This document shows, in pieces, positions 19,494-29,139 of a stretch of 64,000 bases of DNA. Made by a program: the position numbers and the translations under genes. The DNA comes from Euryarchaeota archaeon UBA462. GTDB lineage: Archaea > Thermoplasmatota > Poseidoniia > Poseidoniales > Thalassarchaeaceae. Position 1 is the first letter of the stretch. Each line of letters begins with the position of its first letter. The notes beneath the pieces were generated by a model that saw only the letters and a program-made list of their open reading frames with translations, did not search any database and was not told the origin of the DNA. The stretch is taken from assembly GCA_002506755.1 (NCBI GenBank), contig DAYD01000016.1:2853-66852 (forward strand), given 5' to 3'.

Positions 19494-20186
19494 CTATTCT
19501 TCTTCCAACCAAGATTCTCTTAATAATGACAATTCTGGATCTTTAGGATCCACAACACTAAGAAATTCCCCCGCTACAGAATCGGTGAGGTAAACAGTCA
19601 CCCCAGCATGCCAAATTGTCTCACCTGATGCTGACATTCTTGCCGTATCCACCTCGATAATCGTAGGATCAGAGTGATGAAATCTACCAGCCTCAGCAGC
19701 CGATCGTATTGACGCGGATAAGTGGACATGGGACCTGTCTCCAGGGCTTATCCCTACTTCCAGTAGGTTCTCTGCCACATTTGGGTCACAAGGGTAGTAT
19801 AGGGAGTCAGGTATTTCTGTCGATGGTAAGTCGAGTTCAATTTCTACAGTATGGCCGTAGGTTGCCCTCATCATATTGCCCCTAACTTCGTATCTGCCCT
19901 TCGGGTCTGTCTCGGATATCGCGGAGAGGTGGTGTGGTCTAAGCCAGTGCTGCCTCCTTCTACCATCCTTGAATTTCCTTACAATATCCCTGACATCTAT
20001 CCACCCGTTTATGTCCATCTCTAAATCGAACTTCTCTGGAGCATGCCTCAACACAAGGGCTAACTTCCTGGCCATACTATCTCTTTCTCTTGTACTCATC
20101 ACAAACTTGCCCTCGGAGTTGCAAGCGGGGCATAAATCGTCGTCGGAAAAATATCCATGTATTGGGCATTCCCTAATCATATACAA
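19494..20186 (-). CDS. kptA: RNA 2'-phosphotransferase Tpt1/KptA with N-terminal zinc-ribbon extension
   Basis: ARKLALVLRHAPEKFDLEMDINGWIDV matches the Tpt1 N-terminal signature, and a conserved HGT-containing block is present. About 30 aa of CPIHG...CPAC precede it if the longest ORF is used. Confidence 0.7.
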   Translation of the reverse strand: MYMIRECPIHGYFSDDDLCPACNSEGKFVMSTRERDSMARKLALVLRHAPEKFDLEMDINGWIDVRDIVRKFKDGRRRQHWLRPHHLSAISETDPKGRYEVRGNMMRATYGHTVEIELDLPSTEIPDSLYYPCDPNVAENLLEVGISPGDRSHVHLSASIRSAAEAGRFHHSDPTIIEVDTARMSASGETIWHAGVTVYLTDSVAGEFLSVVDPKDPELSLLRESWLEEE

Positions 20187-20273
20187 TCCTCAACGAACCT
20201 TGTTCAAGAACCCCTCGGTCAGACGTATTTCTTCCCTGACAACCGTTATGGGCTAAAGTGTAGAGGGTATTTT

Positions 20274-21410
20274 GTGAGGGCGGTAATAGTCGGTTGGAAA
20301 CGGTCCCCCTTCTCAAGAGCCCACAAGGGAGATTTGTTTGAGTTAAGGCCAGATGATCTGGGTGGACAAGTAATTGAGGAGCTCATGCGCGAAACTAGAA
20401 TTGATAGTTCAATAATTGATGATATTATAGTCGGATGTGCGTATCCAGAGGGGGAACAGGGGTACAATATCGGCAGAATGATGTCATTTATGGGGGGGTT
20501 GGATTACAATACCCCCGGTCAAACAATCAACAGACTCTGCGGCTCTTCGATGCAATCAATTCTGTCTGCTCATGCCAACATTGCCTCTGGATTGGGTGAG
20601 ATGTACCTATGTGGTGGAATAGAATCTATGTCCAGGGTTAAGAGAAGAGGATTCAACTGGAGCCCCAACCCACTACTAGAGGAGAGATATCCTGAGGCAT
20701 ACGTCAACATGGGTAATACTGCGGAAAACGTAGCCGATTCATTCGGCATAACTAGGGAAGAGCAAGAAAAATTCGCATTACTTTCCCACCGCAAGGCTTC
20801 AAATGCGAAAATTAATGGTTTTTTCACGGAAGAAATTGCAAACATAAGCCATAATGGCACCATTTACAATGAAGATGGTTGCATTAGAGGGGACACTACA
20901 CTAGAAACGATGTCCTCTCTTAACCCCGCCTTTAAACAGGGAGGCACAGTGACTGCAGCCACATCATCCCCACTCACAGACGGCGCAGTCTTTTCCATAA
21001 TTTGTAGTGAATCTCTGGCCAAATCGCTCCATCTATCACCAATGGCTGCTATAGTGTCTGGGGCAACAACCGGCTGTCCTCCGGAATTAATGGGCTTAGG
21101 GCCAATCTCAGCCGTGACAAAAGTATTGGATATGACAGGCTGGAAAATAGATGAAGTAGATATTTTCGAAATTAATGAGGCCTTTGCCTCTCAAAGTATT
21201 GCCTGCATAAGTGAGCTAGGCATTGATATTAATCGGGTGAACATAGACGGGGGTGCACTGGCCATCGGACATCCCCTAGGGGCCTCTGGAGCTAGAATCA
21301 CCTGTAAGGCTGCTAGCCTGATGAATCGTACAGGCGCAAAGAGAGCCATAGCCACGATGTGTATTGGTGGTGGCATGGGGATGGCGATAGCTCTAGAGTC
21401 TCTTGACTAG
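20274..21410 (+). CDS. thiolase (acetyl-CoA C-acyltransferase, bacterial FadA/PhaA-like type II)
   Basis: Active-site region NRLCGSSMQS, NEAFASQ, GGALAIGHPLGASGARI, C-terminal CIGGGMGMA. The thiolase N-terminus (RAVIVGWKRSPF) lies upstream of the first ATG. An in-frame GTG at 20274 is proposed. The track ORF from 20157 would overlap tpt1. Confidence 0.75.
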   Translation: MRAVIVGWKRSPFSRAHKGDLFELRPDDLGGQVIEELMRETRIDSSIIDDIIVGCAYPEGEQGYNIGRMMSFMGGLDYNTPGQTINRLCGSSMQSILSAHANIASGLGEMYLCGGIESMSRVKRRGFNWSPNPLLEERYPEAYVNMGNTAENVADSFGITREEQEKFALLSHRKASNAKINGFFTEEIANISHNGTIYNEDGCIRGDTTLETMSSLNPAFKQGGTVTAATSSPLTDGAVFSIICSESLAKSLHLSPMAAIVSGATTGCPPELMGLGPISAVTKVLDMTGWKIDEVDIFEINEAFASQSIACISELGIDINRVNIDGGALAIGHPLGASGARITCKAASLMNRTGAKRAIATMCIGGGMGMAIALESLD

Positions 21411-21436
21411 CTTTGTTCCGACGCGCTCTTGAATGA

Positions 21437-22651
21437 ATGATATGTGGCCTGAGTGTGGCCGACGATACCGGAGTGACCATCCTGAGCAAATGTTTGCACA
21501 AAAAGAACGTCATACTCGCGATAACTGGAGGTATAGCAGCCACTGAATCAATCAAACTAGCTAGAGAGCTCAGAAGACATGGGGCTAATGTCACTCCTAT
21601 GATGACACGCTCAGCTGAGAAGGTCATCTCGCCCTTAGCTCTTTCTTGGGGTTCTGGATCTGAAGTGCTCACAGATTGGGATTCCCAAATGGCACAGCTT
21701 GGCAGCTTCGATGGAATATTGGTGGCCCCAGCTACTAGGAATACAATCTCCAAGTTCACTCACGGAATTATAGACTCGCCTGTAATGATGGCTCTATCTG
21801 CTGCAAATGGTAATGGGGTGCCAATAATGTTCGTTCCGTCGATGCATGATGATCTTTTCAATGATCCAGTGACACTGGAATTGGTTGAATCACTCAAGGA
21901 AAGGGGTTTGGGCGTTTTTTATGAGGACTCAATAGAAGGTAGGAAGAAGCAACCTAACCACGTCTCCATAGTGGCCAATTTCTCCAACCAGATCAACAGT
22001 AAATTACCTGGAAGAAAAAGAATCGCGGTGACTCTTGGCTCGAATAAGTCACCCATCGATTCTATCAGGTTCATTTCAAACACTTCCACTGGTCGCACTG
22101 GATGGTCAATTTCAGAACACCTATTCAGAATGGGTCATGAGATCGTTTGCATAGTAGGAAGCACAACTGTAAGTTCTAAATTTCCACTACCAGAGGTTAT
22201 TGTTGACGAGTCACCGGAAGGAATGCTCGACTCATGCATAGGCGTTGCAAGGTCCTCCGAACCGCCTGATTGCTGGATTCATTCTGCTGCAGTCCTAGAT
22301 TATGTAGCCAAGTACACGGAAGGTAAGAAATCCAGTGGAGATGGTGAATGGTCCATCTCACTCTACCCAACTAAGAAGCATATAGAAGAGATTTCAAAAT
22401 ACATGGAGGGAAAAATTCGAATCGGTTTTAAATTAGAAATCGATAATGATGAATCAAGTTTAGTCGAAAGTGCAATGAATCAGATCTCTACTCATAGAAT
22501 GGACCTAGTTGTCGCAAATAATCTGACTGAATCTATGAGTGAAGAAGGCTCTAGATGCAGGCTTGTCTATCCAAATGGTAGTGTGCAGGGTATTCCAAAT
22601 TTGCAATCTCTGTGTGAAGCTATAGATCAATTTATTTCACTATGTGAATGA
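21437..22651 (+). CDS. coaBC: bifunctional phosphopantothenoylcysteine decarboxylase/synthetase CoaBC
   Basis: N-terminal flavoprotein (ILAITGGIAATESIKL). C-terminal CoaB (GSNKSPIDSIRFISNTSTGRTG). Confidence 0.75.
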   Translation: MICGLSVADDTGVTILSKCLHKKNVILAITGGIAATESIKLARELRRHGANVTPMMTRSAEKVISPLALSWGSGSEVLTDWDSQMAQLGSFDGILVAPATRNTISKFTHGIIDSPVMMALSAANGNGVPIMFVPSMHDDLFNDPVTLELVESLKERGLGVFYEDSIEGRKKQPNHVSIVANFSNQINSKLPGRKRIAVTLGSNKSPIDSIRFISNTSTGRTGWSISEHLFRMGHEIVCIVGSTTVSSKFPLPEVIVDESPEGMLDSCIGVARSSEPPDCWIHSAAVLDYVAKYTEGKKSSGDGEWSISLYPTKKHIEEISKYMEGKIRIGFKLEIDNDESSLVESAMNQISTHRMDLVVANNLTESMSEEGSRCRLVYPNGSVQGIPNLQSLCEAIDQFISLCE

Positions 22652-24203
22652 TTTTGAACGAATAATTGAAGCGATTGGCCAATACGGGAACAATGTGTCC
22701 AAGTCCAACAAGGCCAAGAGGGGAATCCCCGCTAAATCAGATTTTAATTCATGGTATCCTTCAATTGTCGAAATTGCCGACCTTGTAGATAAGCGGTATC
22801 CAATCAAGGGAATGGACGTATGGAAGCCATATGGTTTGTCAGCAATGGAGAAAATAGATTCGCTCGCACGATCAGAAATGGAACGCACAGGCCATCAAGA
22901 ATACAGGTTTCCACTTCTTGTTCCAGAAGACCTGCTTGAAAAGGAGAATAAGCTCGTATCCATTTTGAAGGCGGCGAGGGAGGCGGGCGTTGATCCCTCT
23001 GAACTAAGAATAGGAGAGGAGGAGTCAGGATTCAAAAAGGAGGTTTACTGGGTAAAACATGGAGGGGAAAACAAGCTCGAAATCCCTATGTTTCTACGAC
23101 CTACGTCCGAGACTCCAATGTATACGATGTTTTCACTTTGGATCAGAAGTCACGCAGATCTCCCTCTCAAGACCTTTCAGATTGTAAACACATTCAGGTA
23201 TGAAACCAAACAAACTCGATCTTTCATAAGAGTTAGAGAAATCCATTTTTTTGAAGCCCACACAGTACATTCTGACCAAGCTGGTGCTGATAAGCAAATA
23301 GAGGAAGATGCAGAGATGGTAAGAAGGATTTTGCACGAATTATGCCTACCTTCCATCGTTTCAAAGAGGCCAGTATGGGATACATTCCCCGGAGCATGGT
23401 ACACCAAGGCAGCAGATGTCGTAATGCCTAATGGAAGAACTCTACAGGTAGCGACTTACCACCACTACAGAGATCAATGGGCGGGGGCTTTCGATCTATC
23501 ATACGAGGATTCGGAAGGTAAAACAAGATTATGCCACCAAACAACTTTCGGCATGTCCGAGAGGCTATTGGGGGCCGTTGTTGGAATGCACGGCGATGAT
23601 AATGGATTGATCATGCCCCCGGCAATAGCACCCATTCAAGTCGTAGTCATGCCTGTAGCTAATCATAGGGACGAAAGGGTTTTGCCCGCTGTAAGTGAAC
23701 TCGGCCAGCGACTGACGGATGCGGGGCTCAGGGTCAAAGTCGATGAAAGGGATGTAAGGCCAGGGGTGAAACATTACGACTGGGAAATCAAGGGGATTCC
23801 CCTAAGAGTAGAATTAGGCCCTAGGGATCTCGATTCAGATAATTGTGTTGTATCTGTACGTACGGGAGGAAAGGTTGAGGTCCCATTATCAGAAGCCCAT
23901 GTAGAAATCGTAGAACTACTTGCCACCGTCTCAGATGAATTAAGACTACGAGCTGAAAAGATTACGGCTAAATTGATTCATTCTGTCCCAGAGTCAGTTT
24001 CCTCACTATCAGATTTGATTGTGGAAGATGGTTTGGTCTATGAAATTGCCTTCGAAGGATCGGATTCCGATGCCGAGGCTTTAGAGAAGAGCACAGGTCT
24101 AACTCTGTTGGGCGAGTGCGATGACAAATATGACGAACCTAGGAAATGCATAGTTACTGGCAAATCAACTACCAACAGGCAATATATCGCTAGGATGTAC
24201 TGA
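22644..24203 (+). CDS. proS: proline--tRNA ligase (archaeal/eukaryal type class II)
   Basis: Class II motifs FLRPTSETPMY, ...RVREIHFFEAH..., GMHGDDNGLIMPP. C-terminal archaeal-specific domain. Confidence 0.85.
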   Translation: MNDFERIIEAIGQYGNNVSKSNKAKRGIPAKSDFNSWYPSIVEIADLVDKRYPIKGMDVWKPYGLSAMEKIDSLARSEMERTGHQEYRFPLLVPEDLLEKENKLVSILKAAREAGVDPSELRIGEEESGFKKEVYWVKHGGENKLEIPMFLRPTSETPMYTMFSLWIRSHADLPLKTFQIVNTFRYETKQTRSFIRVREIHFFEAHTVHSDQAGADKQIEEDAEMVRRILHELCLPSIVSKRPVWDTFPGAWYTKAADVVMPNGRTLQVATYHHYRDQWAGAFDLSYEDSEGKTRLCHQTTFGMSERLLGAVVGMHGDDNGLIMPPAIAPIQVVVMPVANHRDERVLPAVSELGQRLTDAGLRVKVDERDVRPGVKHYDWEIKGIPLRVELGPRDLDSDNCVVSVRTGGKVEVPLSEAHVEIVELLATVSDELRLRAEKITAKLIHSVPESVSSLSDLIVEDGLVYEIAFEGSDSDAEALEKSTGLTLLGECDDKYDEPRKCIVTGKSTTNRQYIARMY

Positions 24204-24788
24204 TTTCTTTCTAAACATGAAACCCAAAAGTGCGAGACCCATAAATGCAACAATTAACGCTAAATCAACTATGAGTACACTCTCCATCGGCTTGACCCAT
24301 GACTCAACTTGATGCAGTCCATCCCATGAATACCCCTTCGAGATATCCAACTTAGTCTGACCGTACTCTTCATCACAAATCTCCCTCATATCAGCTATTC
24401 CGAGAGAACATAGAACCTTTCCAATCCCTAAGGACATATTGAATCCTACAAACATGATTCCTATGATTCCCGGTATAAGGAATAATAACCTCGGCCTTCC
24501 TTTCGCGGTTTTCTTGCCTACCTTTGAGTCAGGTAAAACTGGCACGAACTCTGGAAGCGTTACGTCGGTCGAGATTGGAAGGTTCCCCGGGGATAAACTT
24601 GGAGAGGAAATTTCTGGTGCGGAAACTCCCATTTCCTCAAGTACTTCTGCTCCATAGATCCTCTCGGCCATAGAATAAAGGCCCGGATCTTCCTCTATCT
24701 CGGAGGGATTTATTTCCCCCGACAATAGTCTACGTACTGCCCCTGGGTCTGGCATTATGGTATTTCTGGGATTCTCGACCCCTATCAA
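24165..24788 (-). CDS. hypothetical membrane protein (2 predicted TM helices)
   Basis: 207-aa ORF with hydrophobic segments LLFLIPGIIGIMFVGF and LIVDLALIVAFMGLALLGFMF. No family recognised. Confidence 0.35.
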   Translation of the reverse strand: MIGVENPRNTIMPDPGAVRRLLSGEINPSEIEEDPGLYSMAERIYGAEVLEEMGVSAPEISSPSLSPGNLPISTDVTLPEFVPVLPDSKVGKKTAKGRPRLLFLIPGIIGIMFVGFNMSLGIGKVLCSLGIADMREICDEEYGQTKLDISKGYSWDGLHQVESWVKPMESVLIVDLALIVAFMGLALLGFMFRKKSVHPSDILPVGS

Positions 24789-24810
24789 ATGAACCCTGTA
24801 TTGATGAGTC

Positions 24811-25767
24811 TCAGACTGTATTTTTACGCTTTATGGCTCTTAGGGAGGCCTGAATTATTGACTCTGAAGTTAAACCCAATTCCTCCATAAGTTCTGAACT
24901 TCCACCACTTTCACCGAATCTATCATTGACCCCCACCATTTCTATGGGTATCGGGTGATTTGATGCTGCCCATTCTGATATGGAACTCCCAAGACCCCCA
25001 ATTATGGAGTGATCTTCTGCAGTGACTATGCAACCGCATGTTTTGGCGATATTTTCCATTAGTTGACTGTCAAACGGCTTTATTGTATGCATATCCACTA
25101 CAGTGCAGTCGACCCCTTTCTGAGAGAGAACCTCGGCCGCATTCATCGCCTCGTGAACCATGACGCCACAGGCTACGATCGCAAGGTCACTGCCATGGGA
25201 CAGAACACTACCCTTCCCTATTTTTATTTTTGAAACACTTTCTTCATCGTATGCCCTGGGAGTTTTGTTTCTTGCAGTTCTCATGTATGATGGCCCATCC
25301 AAACTCAAAAGTTGCACTGTAAGCTCCTCCGCAGAAATGTCGTCACAAGGATGAATCACCGTCATTTTGGGTATTGCACGATAGATTCCCAGATCCTCTA
25401 TCGATTGAGCACTACTTCCATCCGTACCTGTATGAATCCCGCCATGGCTCCCACAAATATGGACAGCAAAGCCAGGTCTGGCAATTCCATTCCTTATCTG
25501 TTCAAACGCCCGCTCTGTGAATATCGCAAACGTACTAGCGAAAGGAACTTTACCAGAGGAAGCCATTCCTGCGGCTACTAGCATCATATTTTGCTCTGCT
25601 ATTCCCAAAGAAACTGTTCTCTCTGGGAACTTTTCCCTGAAGTGGCAAGACTTGGTCGATTTCCCTAAGTCTGCCTCAAGAACTACGACTCTGGGGTCTT
25701 CAGACAGTCTTAGCAATCCCTTTCCATAACCGTCCCGAGATGCTCCTCCTGATGATGGGGCACTCAT
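24811..25767 (-). CDS. tktB: transketolase, C-terminal (pyrimidine-binding) subunit
   Basis: Split transketolase arrangement. Pyr-binding and C-terminal domains present. 4-nt overlap with the upstream N-terminal subunit gene. Confidence 0.85.
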   Translation of the reverse strand: MSAPSSGGASRDGYGKGLLRLSEDPRVVVLEADLGKSTKSCHFREKFPERTVSLGIAEQNMMLVAAGMASSGKVPFASTFAIFTERAFEQIRNGIARPGFAVHICGSHGGIHTGTDGSSAQSIEDLGIYRAIPKMTVIHPCDDISAEELTVQLLSLDGPSYMRTARNKTPRAYDEESVSKIKIGKGSVLSHGSDLAIVACGVMVHEAMNAAEVLSQKGVDCTVVDMHTIKPFDSQLMENIAKTCGCIVTAEDHSIIGGLGSSISEWAASNHPIPIEMVGVNDRFGESGGSSELMEELGLTSESIIQASLRAIKRKNTV

Positions 25768-26654
25768 TTTAACTCCTCCAGAGCTATAGATAATTCGTCA
25801 TCATTTGGGGCCATACCGTGGAATGATGGGTTATCTTCCATGAATGAGACTCCTTTACCCTTGGTGGTGTGTGCTATGATAGCAATTGGCGACTCATTCA
25901 CATTCGCCCATTCCAAAATATCTACCAGAGCTGGTATATCATGCCCGTTAACTTCCTTGACCGTCCATCCAAATGATGAGAATTTCTGGCCAATATCCCC
26001 GACTTCCATTTGCACATCCATGAAATCATCATTCTGAATCCTATTCCTGTCGACTATGACCCTTAGGTTGTTTGCCTGGTGATAGCTAGCAGCCATTGCT
26101 GCTTCCCAAATTTGTCCTTCTTGGGTCTCACCATCCCCCAGCAATACCCAAACTTTCCTCTTGCTACCATCCATTTTTGCAGCAATCGAACAACCTAGTC
26201 CGAAGGATAAACCCATCCCCAAACTTCCGGCTGAGAAATCTACTCCCGGAGTCCAGTTCATATCGACGTGACCCTGACAGACAGATCCAAGCGTTCTGAA
26301 GCTCATCATCTCATCTTCATCCATAATTCCCATTTGATGCAACAATGCATACATAGCAGGACTCGCATGCCCTTTGCTCATAATGAATCTATCACGATCT
26401 TCCCAATTGGGATTATTTGTATCGAATCGAAATATTGTTCCATATAGAGATACCATGATATCAATTGCGGAGAGAGAACCGCCTGGATGGCCAGATTTCG
26501 CCGCATGAGTCATCTTGACGATATCGTTCCTACATCTCCTTGCTAATTCCTTTAATTCCTGGTGATTATGGATAGCCCCATCGCCCATGAACAACATAGG
26601 TGCTCGCGGGCTATTGATGGTTTTCAATGACAATAATTCAAAACATACCCTCAA
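25764..26654 (-). CDS. tktA: transketolase, N-terminal (TPP-binding) subunit
   Basis: GHPGGSLS TPP-binding motif and GDGETQEGQIWEA. The start may be an internal Met (26597 or 26588), because the longest ORF overlaps the divergent mqn radical-SAM ORF. Confidence 0.85.
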   Translation of the reverse strand: MRVCFELLSLKTINSPRAPMLFMGDGAIHNHQELKELARRCRNDIVKMTHAAKSGHPGGSLSAIDIMVSLYGTIFRFDTNNPNWEDRDRFIMSKGHASPAMYALLHQMGIMDEDEMMSFRTLGSVCQGHVDMNWTPGVDFSAGSLGMGLSFGLGCSIAAKMDGSKRKVWVLLGDGETQEGQIWEAAMAASYHQANNLRVIVDRNRIQNDDFMDVQMEVGDIGQKFSSFGWTVKEVNGHDIPALVDILEWANVNESPIAIIAHTTKGKGVSFMEDNPSFHGMAPNDDELSIALEELK

Positions 26655-26757
26655 TTCGAATGAATCGGTGCAACAGGTATCAGTCGATTATGACTCTGAT
26701 TGGAGGTCCAATCTGTCCAATCTTGAAGTCCCAATTTCTGTAGAAAAAGATCCTCTA

Positions 26758-27870
26758 TTGGTTAAAGCTTTGTCATTGACAATTGAGGGACGTAGAATTT
26801 CAAAGGATATGGGTGCAAAACTGTTCAGGGAAGCTGATTCACAAGGCCTCAGCTCACTGGCCAATCTCATCAAGGTGTCTAGGTTCGGCAATTACGTCTT
26901 TTTCAATGAAAACCTTCACGTCAATATAACAAATGTCTGCACACTTGCATGTAGGTTCTGCGCCTTCAGAAGGGGATCCCGGCATATTGATGCATATTCT
27001 CTGAGTCCTGAAGAATTCGTATCGCGAATAAAACCATTCAGCCACATTATCGATGAAGTTCATGCAGTAGGAGGCCTACATCCAGAATGGACGGTTAGCC
27101 ATTATTCGGACATTTATCAACTAACAAAACAAAGATACCCTAACATCAGCATAAAATCCCTCACCGCCGTTGAGGTAAAGCACCTAGCCTCCAGATCGGG
27201 GCTTTCCATATCCGACACACTTTCCCTCCTCCACGAGGCGGGACTCGACTCACTCCCGGGGGGTGGTGCCGAGATTCTAGTAGACTCTGTAAGGGATCGA
27301 ATATGTCGAGGAAAGGAGAAATCTTCTGAATATCTTGAGATTCATCATGAAGCTCACATGCTTGGAATACCTACAAACTGCACAATGTTGTTTGGGACAG
27401 TCGAAACTATCGAAGACATGATGACACATCTAGACAAATTAAGAAAACAACAAGACAATTCCTCAGGCTTCCAATGCTTCGTACCATATCCTTTCTTGAA
27501 GGACAATACTAGACTGCCAGAAGCTAGGCTATCTACGGCAAATGAAATTCTTAGAGTGATCTCAATCTCTAGGATAATGCTTGATAATATCCCTCATCTA
27601 AAAGCATACAGAATGAACATAGGTGACCATTTGGCTGAAATTGCTATACACTCCGGTGCAGATGACATAGATGGCACGGTAGGGCATGAGGAAATTATGC
27701 ACGAGGCTGGAAGCACTACGAGCGTCGATTACGATGCTAAAAGGATGCAGAAACTCGTGAAGTCCACTGGACTTGTACCAGTAAAGAGGAATTCTACCTA
27801 CAATTCATTTGTGATTTTGGATGAGCAAATTAAATCGGAAAAAATGAAACTTCCTATAGCCGGACAGTGA
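26758..27870 (+). CDS. radical SAM menaquinone (futalosine pathway) enzyme, MqnC/MqnE family
   Basis: CTLACRFCAF (CxxxCxFCAF), typical of the MqnC/MqnE/CofGH radical SAM group. The track ORF starts at 26587 and overlaps the tkt start. TTG 26758 or ATG 26809 are more plausible starts. MqnC versus MqnE cannot be decided by eye. Confidence 0.65.
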   Translation: MVKALSLTIEGRRISKDMGAKLFREADSQGLSSLANLIKVSRFGNYVFFNENLHVNITNVCTLACRFCAFRRGSRHIDAYSLSPEEFVSRIKPFSHIIDEVHAVGGLHPEWTVSHYSDIYQLTKQRYPNISIKSLTAVEVKHLASRSGLSISDTLSLLHEAGLDSLPGGGAEILVDSVRDRICRGKEKSSEYLEIHHEAHMLGIPTNCTMLFGTVETIEDMMTHLDKLRKQQDNSSGFQCFVPYPFLKDNTRLPEARLSTANEILRVISISRIMLDNIPHLKAYRMNIGDHLAEIAIHSGADDIDGTVGHEEIMHEAGSTTSVDYDAKRMQKLVKSTGLVPVKRNSTYNSFVILDEQIKSEKMKLPIAGQ

Positions 27871-27874
27871 AGCA

Positions 27875-28663
27875 ATGATATGGCAAAGAGTCCTTGGCAG
27901 GGTATCTTTCATCAATTGTGACCCTGTTTTTTACGGGTTAAATAGCGAGTGGCGGATTCTATCAGCACCACCCTCTTGGCTTACTGGTCACCTGCTTAGG
28001 AAAGACTGTATTACGGCTCCAATTCCAGCTGCAGATTATGCGGCAAACCAAGACAAGCTCGTTCTATTGTCCGATATAGGAATTGTAGGTAGGGAGGAAG
28101 TTGGCTCTGTTCTACTGTTTGGGAATAGGCCCATCGAATCGATGAGGGATATTGCTGTTCCAACTGACTCTTCCACATCGAGAATGCTACTAAAATGGAT
28201 CCTCTCTGAAAGAAAACTGGATCCAAAACTTGTCGAAATGGGGCCAGATATAGACAGTATGATGGAAAAATGTGACGGGGCTCTGATTATCGGGGATAGG
28301 GCTATTTCAGCGGCGATATCCCACAAAAGCAGTGTATTACTTGATCTAGGTAGGGAATGGAAAGAAATCACCGGATATCCGATGGTATTCGGTGTTTTCG
28401 CAGCCAGAAAAGACTCTGAGTTGCCTCTTGTTTTAGATGCTAAAAACGCAATGATAAACCATTATATTTCGTTTAATGAAGACCAAGATTTCAGGGACGA
28501 AGTAATTTCGTCATCGTCAAAAAAAGTAGGGTTCAGTGAAAAAAGAGTAAGAACTTATTTTGAGGAAGAGGTTTCAAATTTTCTCGAAGAAGACTCGATC
28601 AAAGGATTATCGAAGTTCCTGGATGTCGTATGCGAAGTCGAAGAGCCAATATGGGTTAACTAA
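27875..28663 (+). CDS. mqnA: chorismate dehydratase MqnA (futalosine pathway)
   Basis: N-terminal RVSFINCDPVFYGL matches the MqnA signature (…ISFLNxxPxxYxL). About 260 aa periplasmic-binding-protein-like fold. Confidence 0.65.
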   Translation: MIWQRVLGRVSFINCDPVFYGLNSEWRILSAPPSWLTGHLLRKDCITAPIPAADYAANQDKLVLLSDIGIVGREEVGSVLLFGNRPIESMRDIAVPTDSSTSRMLLKWILSERKLDPKLVEMGPDIDSMMEKCDGALIIGDRAISAAISHKSSVLLDLGREWKEITGYPMVFGVFAARKDSELPLVLDAKNAMINHYISFNEDQDFRDEVISSSSKKVGFSEKRVRTYFEEEVSNFLEEDSIKGLSKFLDVVCEVEEPIWVN

Positions 28664-29139
28664 CTTGAATACTCCATACTCTTGCTTGAAACCCAGCTGA
28701 GCAGGTCCATTGCGACCTCACAGGATTCGGCTATAACGTCTTCATCATCATCAACATACTTTTCCAAAGTGGACATAGCTACCATGTTTCCTATCGCCCC
28801 TAATGCTTCTGCTGCTTCATGCCTAACCATTAGATCCTCATTTTTATCCTCTAGTCTTTCTATGAGGTACGGTACTGCATGGTCGTCTTGCATTTGGCCT
28901 AGAACGTACGCTATCTCATGCTTTAGTAGTGCAGAAGATGACTCAAACGCCATGGCCAATGATTCGACGCTCTCTTTACCACCTATGTTTCTCAAGGCAA
29001 AAAGCGCCCTCATTCTTTGAAACATCCGCTCATCTTCGTCACAGAGTGTGTTTCTCAACTCTAATACTCCAGAATTCTCGCTGGGTGGGGCGGGATCGAC
29101 AGATCCAAACTCACTCACATCGGGCTTGTTATTACTCAT
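28660..29139 (-). CDS. HEAT/PBS-lyase-like repeat protein
   Basis: Tandem repeats of the type …LGxIGxxxAVxxLxxxLxDxxxxVRxxAAxALGxIG…. Overlaps the mqnD stop and the mqnA stop. Confidence 0.55.
   Translation of the reverse strand: MSNNKPDVSEFGSVDPAPPSENSGVLELRNTLCDEDERMFQRMRALFALRNIGGKESVESLAMAFESSSALLKHEIAYVLGQMQDDHAVPYLIERLEDKNEDLMVRHEAAEALGAIGNMVAMSTLEKYVDDDEDVIAESCEVAMDLLSWVSSKSMEYSS

Noticed and set aside
20157-20273. ATG start of thiolase ORF at 20157
   Set aside because: It would overlap the tpt1 start by 30 nt. The conserved thiolase N-terminus begins at RAVIVG, so an in-frame GTG at 20274 is more plausible. The residual uncertainty is noted.
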